Source: an uncultured bacterium
GTDB lineage: Bacteria; Patescibacteriota; Minisyncoccia; Phycocordibacterales; UBA6065
DNA length: 64,000 nt
Reading direction: 5' to 3'
Assembly: GCA_963841935.1 (NCBI GenBank)
Contig: CAWJEP010000005.1
Coordinates: 69,845-133,844, forward strand
Under the pieces are notes generated by a model. It saw only the letters and a program-made list of their open reading frames with translations, made no database searches and was not told the origin of the DNA. Of this stretch, positions 29,147 to 39,229 are shown piece after piece; position 1 is the first letter of the stretch, and each line of letters opens with the position of its first letter. A program made the position numbers and the translations under genes.

Positions 29147-29749
29147 ATGAACTACGAAACCGTAATTCTTGGAAGTTGGGTAGCGCTCGCTTTTGTGTGG
29201 GTAATCGCTTCTTTCGGCGTGAAGCGCGATATCAGAGGCGGCGGCGTTTACGGTGTGTTCTACAGATATTTAATTTTAAAAATTGTCGGCGCGGCGCTCG
29301 TGGTGTTCGTCATTGTGAAGGCCACGGCCGGAACAGACAGTTATTCCATTGCTGTCGCAAGAGTTTTTAGAAACAGCGTCTTCGTGCCGCCAACAGCGCT
29401 TGGATGGATTGCCGCGGTTTTTGTCGTGCTTGGCGTGATTTTTGCCGTCTGGGCGCGCGTCAATCTCGGTCGCAACTGGAGCTATGCTCCCGCCGTGAAA
29501 GAAAACCACGAGCTGGTGACGAGTGGACCGTATCGTTTAGTGCGCCATCCCATATACACTGGAATCATATTGGCGGCCTTAGGCACGGCGCTCTCCGGCA
29601 CTTCGTTCGGTATCGCTCTTTTTCTTATCGCTTTCTTTATGTTTTCTTTTCGCATAAAAAAAGAGGAAAAAATCATGCTTGAACTTTTTCCGAACGAATA
29701 CCTGTCGTACCAAGCGCGCACGAAACGGCTCATACCGTTTGTGTGGTAA
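29147..29749 (+). CDS. Isoprenylcysteine carboxyl methyltransferase family protein
   Basis: WAR..LGRNWS, HELVTSGPYRLVRHPIYTG, RIKKEE, Y..YQARTKRLIP. Confidence 0.92.
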   Translation: MNYETVILGSWVALAFVWVIASFGVKRDIRGGGVYGVFYRYLILKIVGAALVVFVIVKATAGTDSYSIAVARVFRNSVFVPPTALGWIAAVFVVLGVIFAVWARVNLGRNWSYAPAVKENHELVTSGPYRLVRHPIYTGIILAALGTALSGTSFGIALFLIAFFMFSFRIKKEEKIMLELFPNEYLSYQARTKRLIPFVW

Positions 29750-29818
29750 ATTCCGTCACCAATCAATGGTACAATTGTCGAAAGTCCAATTTAGCCAATT
29801 AATCTCGGTCACAAAAAC

Positions 29819-29974
29819 ATGATAAGAGGAAATTTTATCGGCGCGGCGATTGTGGCGATAATATACACGGTCTATATTTTATGGAATCCTCTGCCGTCCA
29901 AATCGCAGATGGTTTTGCTACTGGTGGTTCTCAACGCTTTGACTATCGTCCTTATGGCTTTCGCCTTTAAATAA
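29819..29974 (+). CDS. Small two-TM protein (absent from ORF track)
   Basis: MIRGNFIGAAIVAIIYTVYILWNPLPSKSQMVLLLVVLNALTIVLMAFAFK. Confidence 0.45.
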   Translation: MIRGNFIGAAIVAIIYTVYILWNPLPSKSQMVLLLVVLNALTIVLMAFAFK

Positions 29975-30040
29975 AAAAGCGATAGCATAGAGGTTTCATC
30001 TCTTTACCGTGTCATCATCAAAGTCTGTTAAACTTATCTC

Positions 30041-31035
30041 ATGAACCCAGATGACATCGTGCATTTCCTCCCCGCAGAGGAACTTTTTGAAAAAGCAGCC
30101 GTGGTGTTCGTTGCTCAGAAGAGAGAGCTTGAAAATGTATTGCCACCAGTTGATATTCAGCAAGTGGGAAGTTCCTCTGTGCCAGGTCTTATCGGAAAAT
30201 TCGACGTCGACATACAGATCAGAACAACGAAGGAACAGTTCAAGGATGTTGTTGCAATGATGCAGAAAAAATACGTCCCAAAACATCCAGAAATATGGGA
30301 CGATGGCTTTGCTACTTTTTGTAACAATAAAAAATATCTTATCGACTTTATGGTTACGGTTGTAGGCTCAAAATACGATGATTTTTATAAAGTACGTGAT
30401 GCGCTCATCGCTAACAAACAATTGATGAGGGAGTTTAATGAACTCAAGCGGCAGTATGAAGGAAAAACTTACGGTGAATATAAGAAGGCAAAAGTGGCGT
30501 TTCTCGGCGGGAACGGCAGAGTCAAGTTTCTGGACGACGAATATCTTGATTTGGTCGATGAAAACAACAAGGTAATCGGAAAGAAACTTCGTAGCGAAGT
30601 CTACGCGGAGCATCTTTCGAATTTTAGGGTGGTAAATACTTTTCTGATAAATTCCGAAGGAAAAATGTGGATACCCAGAAGGTCCGCCGACAAGAAAATT
30701 TTCCCTCTTTGTCTCGATATGAGCATGGGCGGGCATGTGGAAAGTGGGGAGACATACGAGCAAGCTTTCAAAAGAGAACTCAAAGAAGAATTAAATATTG
30801 ACGCCGACAGCGTTGAGTGGAAACTTGTCGTCCATCTTACTCCAAAGAAAAACGGCGTGTCGGCTTTTATGAATGTGTACGAGATACGCACGGACAAAGT
30901 TCCGAATTATAATCAAGCGATTTCATAGAGTATTTCTGGCTTTCTCCAAAAGAACTTTTCGCGAAAATAAATAAAGGAGAAAAAACGAAAGGGGATTTAC
31001 CGGTAGTGGTTGATTATCTTTACACGGAGCATTGA
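30041..31035 (+). CDS. GrpB-like domain fused to NUDIX hydrolase (frameshift near 30918)
   Basis: VGSSSVPGLIGKFDVDIQI...RDAL...LK...Y...K then YLDLVDEN...GGHVESGETYEQAFKRELKEEL; DFIEYFWLSPKEL continues in another frame to TGA 31035. Confidence 0.8.
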
Positions 31036-31126
31036 CAAAATTGGTTTAAATAGCAATATAGGCAGTCTTGCTCTTTAATACCGGTGGTCATAGCCACAAG
31101 GTCTTGTTTATCGAGGCTTTTTGGCT

Positions 31127-31675
31127 ATGACTACCACACTCAAAATATATTCCCAAAGGAAGCCGACGGACTTATCGCCGAGGCCATAAGACAAGACCGC
31201 GAGTTCCAGGCTCAAATCCTCCACGCCCTGCCGATGCTTTTGCCAGCTACAAAGAAAAGATTGATTGAAAATCCCAAACGGTCTAAAAGTTTTCTCATCC
31301 GGCCTAGGCCGAACCGAAAACTCCCGAGACCGTCAAGGAAACTTTCTTAACGCGAGGGATCGTCAAAACGGACGGCTTTCCGCTCAAGGCGCTGATTGAC
31401 GATACGGACAATCCCATAGATGTCATAAAGGAAAACGTTGCCAAGTCCTGGGGCATCGATGTCGAGTTGTTTCGCGGTGAAACAGGGGAACGCGGAACGT
31501 ATGCGATGCTCGAATGATGGCGATGTATCTTTGCCGTAAATGCGGCATGACATCGACAGAAATAGGGCAAGCCTTTGCTCGTGATCACGCCACCGTTCTT
31601 AGCGCGGCAAAGAGCGTTTCGTGTCTTATCGAACAATCATCAAGGCACAGGGCTAAGATACGAACGAAGCATTGA
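31127..31675 (+). CDS. Stand-alone DnaA domain IV (HTH) protein, frameshifted
   Basis: Frame pieces PIDVIKENVAKSWGIDVELFRG / NRGTRNVCDARMMAMYLCRKCGMTSTEIGQAFARDHATVLSAAKSV resemble the DnaA C-terminal signature. Confidence 0.7.
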
Positions 31676-31813
31676 GCTAATCACCCAATGCTGCCGAAAG
31701 AGGGCCGCGGCCTGAGGATTATACAAGCTTGCGCACAGGTGCGGGCTTTTTTCTTTATTGTTTATTATAATAGGCGGGCAGTGTTTTATTCATTATAAAA
31801 AGTAATTAAAAAC

Positions 31814-32068
31814 ATGGCAGAGAAAAATTCAGCATTTATGAAACCTTTGACCGTTAGCCCGGAGCTAGCGGTTGTCGTGGGTAAGGGGCCGCTCCCTCGC
31901 TCGGAAGTCGTAAAGAAGCTTTGGGTCTATATCAAGAGCAATAATCTTCAGGACCCGAAGAACAAGAGAAACATCAACGCCGACGAAGCGCTCAAGAAAG
32001 TTTTCGGCGGTAAGTCCGTCGTCAATATGTTTGAAATGACCAAACTCGTTTCAAAGCATCTCTCATAA
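31814..32068 (+). CDS. SWIB/MDM2 domain protein
   Basis: FMKPL..SPELA.VVG..P.PRSEVVKKLW.YIK.NNLQDPKNKRNINAD. Confidence 0.92.
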   Translation: MAEKNSAFMKPLTVSPELAVVVGKGPLPRSEVVKKLWVYIKSNNLQDPKNKRNINADEALKKVFGGKSVVNMFEMTKLVSKHLS

Positions 32069-32078
32069 CAGAAAATTA

Positions 32079-32201
32079 ATGGCAAAAAGAATCAACACGA
32101 GGATGAAAACCTCGCGCTCGAGGAAGACTGCTAAACGCGCGGCGACAAAACACGCGCGCCTACTAGCTCATCGCCTTAAAAGACCCGGGAAAACAAAATA
32201 A
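32079..32201 (+). CDS. Small highly basic peptide (absent from ORF track)
   Basis: MAKRINTRMKTSRSRKTAKRAATKHARLLAHRLKRPGKTK; its TAA overlaps the next ATG. Confidence 0.45.
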   Translation: MAKRINTRMKTSRSRKTAKRAATKHARLLAHRLKRPGKTK

Positions 32202-32869
32202 TGAAGAAACTCGTCTGGTTCATCATTATAGTGGCGATTCTCCTCGGGATTTATTTTTACGCTTTTCGGCCGGTTGCCGCACCAAGTGAAAACATAAACG
32301 CCGCGGCGACGCCAATCACGAACGTGTCGGCAAGTTCGACCGTCTATCATATTTCCCAAAGCGGTTCGAAAGTTTCCTTTACGATAAGCGAGGTTCTTCA
32401 CGGTTCGCCGTTCGTTCCCGTCGGCACTACCGACCAAATCGCCGGAGACATTGCCGTCGCGCAAAGCGCGTCCGGCGCCCCGACTCTCGATGTCGGCACA
32501 TTGACCATAGACGCGCGGACTTTAAAAACCGATAGCCCGCAGCGCGACGGCGCAATCGGAAGATTCATCCTCAAGTCCGACCAAACGGCGAATGAATTTA
32601 TAACTTTCGCCACCACGACTACATCCGTGCCTGTGCAAAACGCAGATGGCTCGTGGGACGCGACCACGACCGGCAATCTGACTATTTCCGGCGTGACGAA
32701 ACCCGAAACATTCGTCCTGAATTTCTCAATCGCGAACGGAACTCTCGCGGGCACGGCTTCGACTACTCTTTCCCGCAAAGATTTTGGTTTGGTAATTCCA
32801 AATTTTTCTTTTCTCGCCAATGTTTCCGACACTTTCACGGTGTCCGCGACGATAACTGCCGCTCCGTAG
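32201..32869 (+). CDS. YceI family protein
   Basis: Signal/TM; S.VSFTI.E, TIDARTLKTD..RD, GNLTISGVTKP, LSRKDFG. Confidence 0.88.
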   Translation: MKKLVWFIIIVAILLGIYFYAFRPVAAPSENINAAATPITNVSASSTVYHISQSGSKVSFTISEVLHGSPFVPVGTTDQIAGDIAVAQSASGAPTLDVGTLTIDARTLKTDSPQRDGAIGRFILKSDQTANEFITFATTTTSVPVQNADGSWDATTTGNLTISGVTKPETFVLNFSIANGTLAGTASTTLSRKDFGLVIPNFSFLANVSDTFTVSATITAAP

Positions 32870-32922
32870 GAAAAAATCCGCGATTTTGACTCTTTTTTTG
32901 CTTTCTGTTAGGATACGAACCT

Positions 32923-33285
32923 ATGTTAAAGATTCGCCTTCAGCGAGTTGGAAGGAAAAACATCCGGACTTTCCGGGTTGTTTTGACTGACTCGAAAAAT
33001 TCCACCAAAAGCGGCAAATTCCACGAGATACTCGGCACCTACGACCTCGAGAACGACAAGAAAGAAATCGCCGCCGACCGCGTGAAATACTGGATTTCAA
33101 AAGGCGCGAAGACCTCAGACACCCTTCACAACTTCCTCGTTGACAAAAAAATCATTGCCGGCAAGAAAATAAACGCTTTACCGCGCCGCACGCCGATAAA
33201 GAAGGAAGAAGTCAAAAAAGAAGGCGAAGCGGCTCCAGCCGCCGCCTCGGCTCCGGAAGCCGCGCCTGTTGCTCCTGCCGCCTAG
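32923..33285 (+). CDS. rpsP: 30S ribosomal protein S16
   Basis: MLKIRLQRVGRK...EILGTYD...RVKYWISKGA. Confidence 0.96.
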   Translation: MLKIRLQRVGRKNIRTFRVVLTDSKNSTKSGKFHEILGTYDLENDKKEIAADRVKYWISKGAKTSDTLHNFLVDKKIIAGKKINALPRRTPIKKEEVKKEGEAAPAAASAPEAAPVAPAA

Positions 33286-33336
33286 TTTGGTAATATTAGG
33301 GTGACCTGCTTCGATTTATTTCCTAACAACACAAAT

Positions 33337-33648
33337 ATGATGGAAAAGGACGCACAATTCTTGGATACCCTTATCAAAGCTCTAGTCGACTACCCGAACG
33401 ACGTAAAGATAAAAAGAACCGTGGACGAAATGGGCGTGCTTTTGACTCTCGACGTCAACGCCGCCGACATGGGCAAAATCATCGGCCGCGAAGGCAATAC
33501 GGCAAAATCGATTAGAACTTTGCTTCGCATCGTCGGAATGAAAAACAATTCCCGCGTGAATTTGAAGATTAACGAACCGGTCGGCGGTGTGCCGAAAGAG
33601 CGCGTGACGAAGACGGCCGACGAAGCCATCGACGACCTCAAGCTCTAG
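33337..33648 (+). CDS. khpA: KH-domain RNA-binding protein (KhpA/YlqC)
   Basis: KALVDYP, DMGKIIGREGNTAKSIRTLL; between rpsP and trmD. Confidence 0.88.
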   Translation: MMEKDAQFLDTLIKALVDYPNDVKIKRTVDEMGVLLTLDVNAADMGKIIGREGNTAKSIRTLLRIVGMKNNSRVNLKINEPVGGVPKERVTKTADEAIDDLKL

Positions 33649-34319
33649 TGACTTTTCACATCATCACTCTATTTCCCGAAATGTTCGATTCGTATTTGAG
33701 CGAATCCATTTTGGCGCGAGCGAGAAAAGCTGGGAAGATAGACTTCAAATTTTATAATCCGCGAAACTACGCCGAAATTAAAAATAAGCGAGCGGAAAAA
33801 CCGTATCGCCACATCGACGATAAGCCGTACGGCGGTGGTCCCGGAATGGTGATGAAACCCGAACCGGTAATCAAAGCGATTGAAATCGCGCTTAAAAAAA
33901 TAAAAAGCAAAAAGACGAAAATAATTTTCTTTTCTCCGGCAGGGAAGCAGTTCGACACTTCCTACGCCAAAAGCGCGGCGAAGAAATTTACCGATATCAT
34001 TTTTATTTGCGGACGATACGAAGGAATCGACGCGCGGGTGAAAAAAATATTCAAAGCCGAAGAGATTTCCGTCGGCCCCTATGTTTTGACCGGCGGGGAA
34101 TTGCCGGCGATGATTATGATCGATTCCATCGCTCGGCAGGTCAAAGGAGTGCTTGGGGATTTTGCTTCGCTTGAAGAGTCGCGCGTTTCAAGTTCGGAAG
34201 TTTATACTCGACCGGAAACTATTTCATATAAAGGAAAGAAATATTCCGTGCCGAAAATACTTCTCTCTGGACACCACAAAAAAATTGATGAGTGGAAAAA
34301 CAAACGAAAAAAGGAATGA
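33648..34319 (+). CDS. trmD: tRNA (guanine-N1)-methyltransferase
   Basis: ITLFPE, DDKPYGGGPGMV, CGRYEGIDARV, YVLTGGE, LLSGHH. Confidence 0.96.
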   Translation: MTFHIITLFPEMFDSYLSESILARARKAGKIDFKFYNPRNYAEIKNKRAEKPYRHIDDKPYGGGPGMVMKPEPVIKAIEIALKKIKSKKTKIIFFSPAGKQFDTSYAKSAAKKFTDIIFICGRYEGIDARVKKIFKAEEISVGPYVLTGGELPAMIMIDSIARQVKGVLGDFASLEESRVSSSEVYTRPETISYKGKKYSVPKILLSGHHKKIDEWKNKRKKE

Positions 34320-34426
34320 AACTTTGTCGCCGCGCGGTTCGTTATATAAAACGACAGGGTCGAGTTATAATGGGGTAGCCGAGGGAGCTTGAAATCGGGA
34401 AACCGAGGGACGGCTCTCTTTTACCG

Positions 34427-34969
34427 ATGACCGACGAAGAAATATTTTCAAAATCATTTGCCGAACCGAAACTTTTCGAAATCATCGTGGAGAGATACGA
34501 GGAGGCTTTTTTGCGCAAAGCCCGAACGATTGTCCGAAGCGACGAACTCGCCAAAGACATCGTCCAAGACGCTTTCGTCAAAATGTATCTTTACGGCAAG
34601 AAATATAAGCCTCAAGAAGGCGCGCGCTGGAGCTCTTGGGCCTACAAAATTTTGATAAACACCTGTTTCGCTTATCATCAGAAATTGAAGAGAGATAATC
34701 AATTTTCCACGGCTTTCACCGAGGAGCTCGAAGCCGTGACGCCTGACGAGTCCGAGCACGAAACCCACAAAAATGACAGGGAATATGTGCTTTCGCTCAT
34801 AGACAGATTGCCGGAAACTTTCGCCAAGATTCTTAGATTATATGTGATAGACGGCAAGGATTACGCTTCCATAGCGGAAGCCGAGAACATAACGGTCGGG
34901 GCGGTCAAGACCAGAATGCATCGCGCAAAGGCCGCGCTTAAAGAAGAAGCGGCGAAAATAACATATTAA
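34427..34969 (+). CDS. ECF RNA polymerase sigma factor
   Basis: AKDIVQDAFVK region 2; GAVKTRMHRAK region 4. Confidence 0.9.
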   Translation: MTDEEIFSKSFAEPKLFEIIVERYEEAFLRKARTIVRSDELAKDIVQDAFVKMYLYGKKYKPQEGARWSSWAYKILINTCFAYHQKLKRDNQFSTAFTEELEAVTPDESEHETHKNDREYVLSLIDRLPETFAKILRLYVIDGKDYASIAEAENITVGAVKTRMHRAKAALKEEAAKITY

Positions 34970-34972
34970 ATT

Positions 34973-35308
34973 ATGACAACCATTTCAAACAATGTGCAGA
35001 AAAAAGTTAAGGTGATTTTCTGGGCGCGCCGCCTCTCATCGCGGCGCGCCCTGGAATGTTATGTGCTTTTTGTTTCCACGGTCGGACTTTTTTCTTTCGT
35101 CTCCGTGCCGCATGTCATAGCCAATATGCCTTCCGTCACCGACATATTCTCCGTGGCGAATTTCATGCTCATCGCCGCCGTTCATACGCATACGGCGGTG
35201 CAGTTTATTCTCGGACTGATGATTCTTTCCATCGCTCTCATGGCTTTTGATTTCGTCCGGCAATCAGTCTTTCATCGCGCTCGTTTCGAACGAGTTTCAC
35301 TTTCCTAA
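34973..35308 (+). CDS. Membrane protein, possible anti-sigma factor
   Basis: Hydrophobic, immediately after ECF sigma; function inferred from position only. Confidence 0.5.
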   Translation: MTTISNNVQKKVKVIFWARRLSSRRALECYVLFVSTVGLFSFVSVPHVIANMPSVTDIFSVANFMLIAAVHTHTAVQFILGLMILSIALMAFDFVRQSVFHRARFERVSLS

Positions 35309-35848
35309 ATGTTTCGAAAAATTTTTCTCGCCTGGCTGCCGCTCGCTTGTTTTACCACGCTTTTCGCTTTGCTCGCTTATGCCGTGGTCCAACAAGACGT
35401 AAGACAATCGGCAAACGATCCTCAGATAGAAATGGCGGAAGATGGAGTAAGTCCGCAATCTCTGTCGCAAATAGACATTTCGAAAAGTTTGGCGGCTTTC
35501 GTGATCGTTTTTGACGATAATGGAGAACCAATAGCGTCTTCCGGCACTTTAGAAGGCACGGTTCCTATTCCTCCCGCTGGAGTTTTTGATTATGTGAGAA
35601 CTTCTGGCGGCGGTAACCTCCGTCCGACCGATGTATCCGGCGAAGACAGGTTTACATGGCAACCTGAGCCGAGCGTGCGGATTGCCGCGGTAGTCGCCAA
35701 GACCGATACGGGATTTATTTTGGCGGGCCGCAATATGCGTGAAATCGAAAGCAGGGAAGAACACATCCTCTTTATTACTTTTCTTGCGTGGCTTTTTGGA
35801 ATCGTCGGATTTTTTATCCTTGAAGCGTTTGTTATTGCCGCCGCTTGA
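35309..35848 (+). CDS. Two-TM protein with exported sensor-like domain
   Basis: TM - RQSANDPQIEMAED...TWQP...RIAAVV - TM. Confidence 0.65.
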   Translation: MFRKIFLAWLPLACFTTLFALLAYAVVQQDVRQSANDPQIEMAEDGVSPQSLSQIDISKSLAAFVIVFDDNGEPIASSGTLEGTVPIPPAGVFDYVRTSGGGNLRPTDVSGEDRFTWQPEPSVRIAAVVAKTDTGFILAGRNMREIESREEHILFITFLAWLFGIVGFFILEAFVIAAA

Positions 35849-36037
35849 CGATTTTTCGCCGTCGTGTATACTCTTATCCAACTTCACTCTTGATTGAGTA
35901 CCTGGGGAAATGAAGGATTATTCGGGGAAAATAGTCCATTTATTCACATTTAAATAAATTATCAGATTAAAAAGGCGGCTTTCGTTTTCGAAAGTTGTTT
36001 TTCCGTCTGTTTTTATTTTTTTATAAAAAACATCAAT

Positions 36038-39000
36038 ATGATGCGAGAAAAAAAGTATTTCGGCCGTTTCAAGGAGCCTCTCATCGGAATCCCTGACCTC
36101 GTGGCCGCCCAGACCGAAAGCTTCAAATGGCTTTTGGAAAAAGGTCTCAAAGAACTTTTCGAGGAATTTTCCTCAATCAAAGATTACGCCGGCAAAAAAT
36201 TCGAACTCTCGTTCTCCGGCTTTTCCGTTGATGAGCCGAAATACGACGAGCATCACGCAAAGGAAAATAAACTTTCGTACGAATCCTCGCTCAAAGTCCG
36301 CGTTAAACTCAAGAACAAAACTTTCGATTCGACTAAAGAGCAAGAGATTTTCCTCGCGGATTTCCCCCTAATGACCGATCACGGCACTTTCATAGTAAAC
36401 GGCATCGAACGCGTCATTGTTCCCCAGCTAGCGCGTTCTTTCGGAGTATTTTTTACTTCCGACGAACTCAAAGGAAAAATAGTTTTCGGAGCCAAAATCA
36501 TACCGGCCCGCGGGGTTTGGATTGAAATCGAAACCGACACCGACGGCACTCTTTACGCTCGCATAGACAGAAAGAGGAAATTCACGGCAACGGCCTTGCT
36601 CCGCGTTCTTGGCGCGAAAACCGACGCCGAGATTCTTGCCTTTTTCAAAGGAAACGATGCCGTGAAGAAAATGATCGAGGCAACTCTCGCCAAAGACCCG
36701 GCGAAAAACGCCGTCGACGCCCATGTGGAAATCCACAAACGCCTTCGCGACGGAGACCTCGTGACACCGGACAACGCGCGTGAATTCGTCGCCGGCATTT
36801 TCGCCGCCGACCGTTACGACCTTTCGAAAGTCGGACGCTTTCGTTTCAACAAACGTTTTGCAAAAGATATGGGAGACAAAGAGCTTGAAAGGAAAACCAT
36901 TTCCGCCGAAGATTTCGCCACCGTTCTCGCTCATATCATTACTCTTAACAACGACCCGGAAGCCATGGAGGATGATATCGACCATCTTGGAAGCCGACGC
37001 GTCCGCTACGTCGGAGAGCTTCTCCAAGCGAAACTTCGCGTTGGACTTTCTCAAATGAGACGAAACATTCAAGACAGAATGTCGACAATAGAGCCGGATG
37101 TCACCATGCCGGTGTCGTTTATTTCTCCTCGACCGCTTCAGGCGCGACTCAAGGAATTCTTTATGACCAACCAGCTTTCGCAGTTTATGCAGCAGGAAAA
37201 TATTTTGACCGAGCTTGAACATCTGCGCACCCTTTCGGCTCTCGGCCCCGGAGGTCTGACCAAAGAGCGCGCCGGGTTTGAAGTTCGCGATGTTCATCCG
37301 TCTCACTACGGCCGACTTTGTCCGATTCAAACTCCCGAAGGTCCGAACATCGGCCTTATTCTTCGTCTCTCGACTTACGCCCGCATCAACGATTTCGGAA
37401 TGATAGAAACGCCTTACGCCAAAGTCAAACACGGCGTCATCACCAAAGAAATTGTTTATCTAAACGCTCTCGAAGAGGAAAACTTCCGTATCGCTCATGC
37501 CGCCACTCTTTACGACGAGCACGGAAAAATCACGGAGGATACGGTTGAGGTTCGTCAGAACGGCAAGCCGACGGTCATTGCCCGACACGACGTGGACTAT
37601 ATGGACGTCGCCACGAACCAAGCTTTTTCAATCGTGACCTCGATGATTCCGTTTCTCAATCACGACGACGCCGCCCGCGCCCTCATGGGCTCTAACATGC
37701 AAAAGCAGGCAACACCGTGCCTCATTCCCGAAGCCCCGCTAGTCGCCACGGGCGTCGAAGCGCGGGCGGCGGAAGACACTCGCCGCGTCATTTTGGCTCC
37801 CGAAGAAGGCGTGATTTCCAAAGTCGACGCGAGCTCAATCGCGTTCAAGCCGACAAAAGGCAAGGAAAAAGTTTACAGATTGACATCGTTTGAACGCACG
37901 AACGGCTTCACGGCTTTTCATCAGCGGCCGGTCGTTTCTCTAAATCAAAAAGTTAAAAAAGGCGATGTTCTCGCCGATACTTCTTCGTCAGACGGCGGAC
38001 AAATCGCTCTCGGCCAAAACGCTCTAGTGGCATTTATGTCGTGGTCGGGTTCAAACTATGAAGACGCCATCATTCTTTCGGAAAGACTCGTGAAAGAAGC
38101 GAAATTTACTTCGATTCACATCGAAGAATTCGTGGTCAATGTTCGCGACACGAAACTCGGTCCCGAAGTCACGACGCACGATATTCCGAACGTCGGCGAA
38201 GCGCGTCTGCGCAACCTCGACGAGGACGGCATCGTCCGCGTCGGTGCCGAAGTCCGCTCCGGCGACATTCTCATCGGCAAAATTACCCCGAAAGGCGAAA
38301 CCCAACTCACGCCGGAAGAAAGACTTCTGCGCTCTATATTCGGCGAGAAAGCCCGCGATGTGAAAGACACGTCAAAGAGAATGGAAGGCGGCAAAAAAGG
38401 CCGTGTCATTTCGGTCAAAGTATTTTCACGCGAAAAAGGCGACAAACTCGAAAGCGGAATCATAAAAAGAATCCATGTTGAAGTCGCTCAGCTCCGCAAT
38501 GTTTCGGTGGGTGACAAGCTCGCCGGCCGCCACGGGAACAAAGGCGTCATCTCGCGCATTTTGCCCGTCGAAGATATGCCCTATATGGCCGACGGCACGC
38601 CTATCGATGTCATTCTCACCCCGCTTGGCGTTCCTTCACGTATGAACCTCGGACAAATCCTGGAACTTCATCTTGGACTTGCCGCCCACACTCTAAATTA
38701 CCAAGCAATCGTTCCGCCTTTCGTGGGCGCGACCGACGGCGAAATCAAACAAGAACTCGTGAAAGCCGGATATCCGGAAAGCGGCAAAGTTCCGCTTTAT
38801 GATGGCCGCACCGGAGACAAATTCAACCAAGACATCGCCATCGGTTACATGTATATCTTGAAACTTCACCACATGGTCGAAGACAAGATTCACATGCGCT
38901 CTATTGGACCTTACTCGCTCATCACTCAACAGCCGCTCGGTGGCAAGGCTCAAGGCGGAGGTCAACGCTTCGGAGAAATGGAAGTCTGGGCGCTTCTCGG

Positions 39001-39211
39001 TCATGGCGCGGCATATACCTTGCGAGAAATTTTGACGGTCAAATCAGACGATATCCAAGGCCGCTCGCAAACATTTGACTCCATAGTCAAAGGCGAGCCT
39101 ATCGCTCCGCCAAATTTGCCAGCGTCATTTAATGTTCTCCTTAACAGCTTGAGGGGCCTGTCGCTCGATGTCGAACTCAAGAAAGACGGCGATAAGAAAA
39201 GAACCAAATAA
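36038..39211 (+). CDS. rpoB: RNA polymerase beta subunit
   Basis: RDVHPSHYGRLCPI.TPEG, GDKLAGRHGNKG, GGQRFGEMEVWAL. Confidence 0.98.
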   Translation: MMREKKYFGRFKEPLIGIPDLVAAQTESFKWLLEKGLKELFEEFSSIKDYAGKKFELSFSGFSVDEPKYDEHHAKENKLSYESSLKVRVKLKNKTFDSTKEQEIFLADFPLMTDHGTFIVNGIERVIVPQLARSFGVFFTSDELKGKIVFGAKIIPARGVWIEIETDTDGTLYARIDRKRKFTATALLRVLGAKTDAEILAFFKGNDAVKKMIEATLAKDPAKNAVDAHVEIHKRLRDGDLVTPDNAREFVAGIFAADRYDLSKVGRFRFNKRFAKDMGDKELERKTISAEDFATVLAHIITLNNDPEAMEDDIDHLGSRRVRYVGELLQAKLRVGLSQMRRNIQDRMSTIEPDVTMPVSFISPRPLQARLKEFFMTNQLSQFMQQENILTELEHLRTLSALGPGGLTKERAGFEVRDVHPSHYGRLCPIQTPEGPNIGLILRLSTYARINDFGMIETPYAKVKHGVITKEIVYLNALEEENFRIAHAATLYDEHGKITEDTVEVRQNGKPTVIARHDVDYMDVATNQAFSIVTSMIPFLNHDDAARALMGSNMQKQATPCLIPEAPLVATGVEARAAEDTRRVILAPEEGVISKVDASSIAFKPTKGKEKVYRLTSFERTNGFTAFHQRPVVSLNQKVKKGDVLADTSSSDGGQIALGQNALVAFMSWSGSNYEDAIILSERLVKEAKFTSIHIEEFVVNVRDTKLGPEVTTHDIPNVGEARLRNLDEDGIVRVGAEVRSGDILIGKITPKGETQLTPEERLLRSIFGEKARDVKDTSKRMEGGKKGRVISVKVFSREKGDKLESGIIKRIHVEVAQLRNVSVGDKLAGRHGNKGVISRILPVEDMPYMADGTPIDVILTPLGVPSRMNLGQILELHLGLAAHTLNYQAIVPPFVGATDGEIKQELVKAGYPESGKVPLYDGRTGDKFNQDIAIGYMYILKLHHMVEDKIHMRSIGPYSLITQQPLGGKAQGGGQRFGEMEVWALLGHGAAYTLREILTVKSDDIQGRSQTFDSIVKGEPIAPPNLPASFNVLLNSLRGLSLDVELKKDGDKKRTK

Positions 39212-39229
39212 CCATCAAAATAAAATCTT

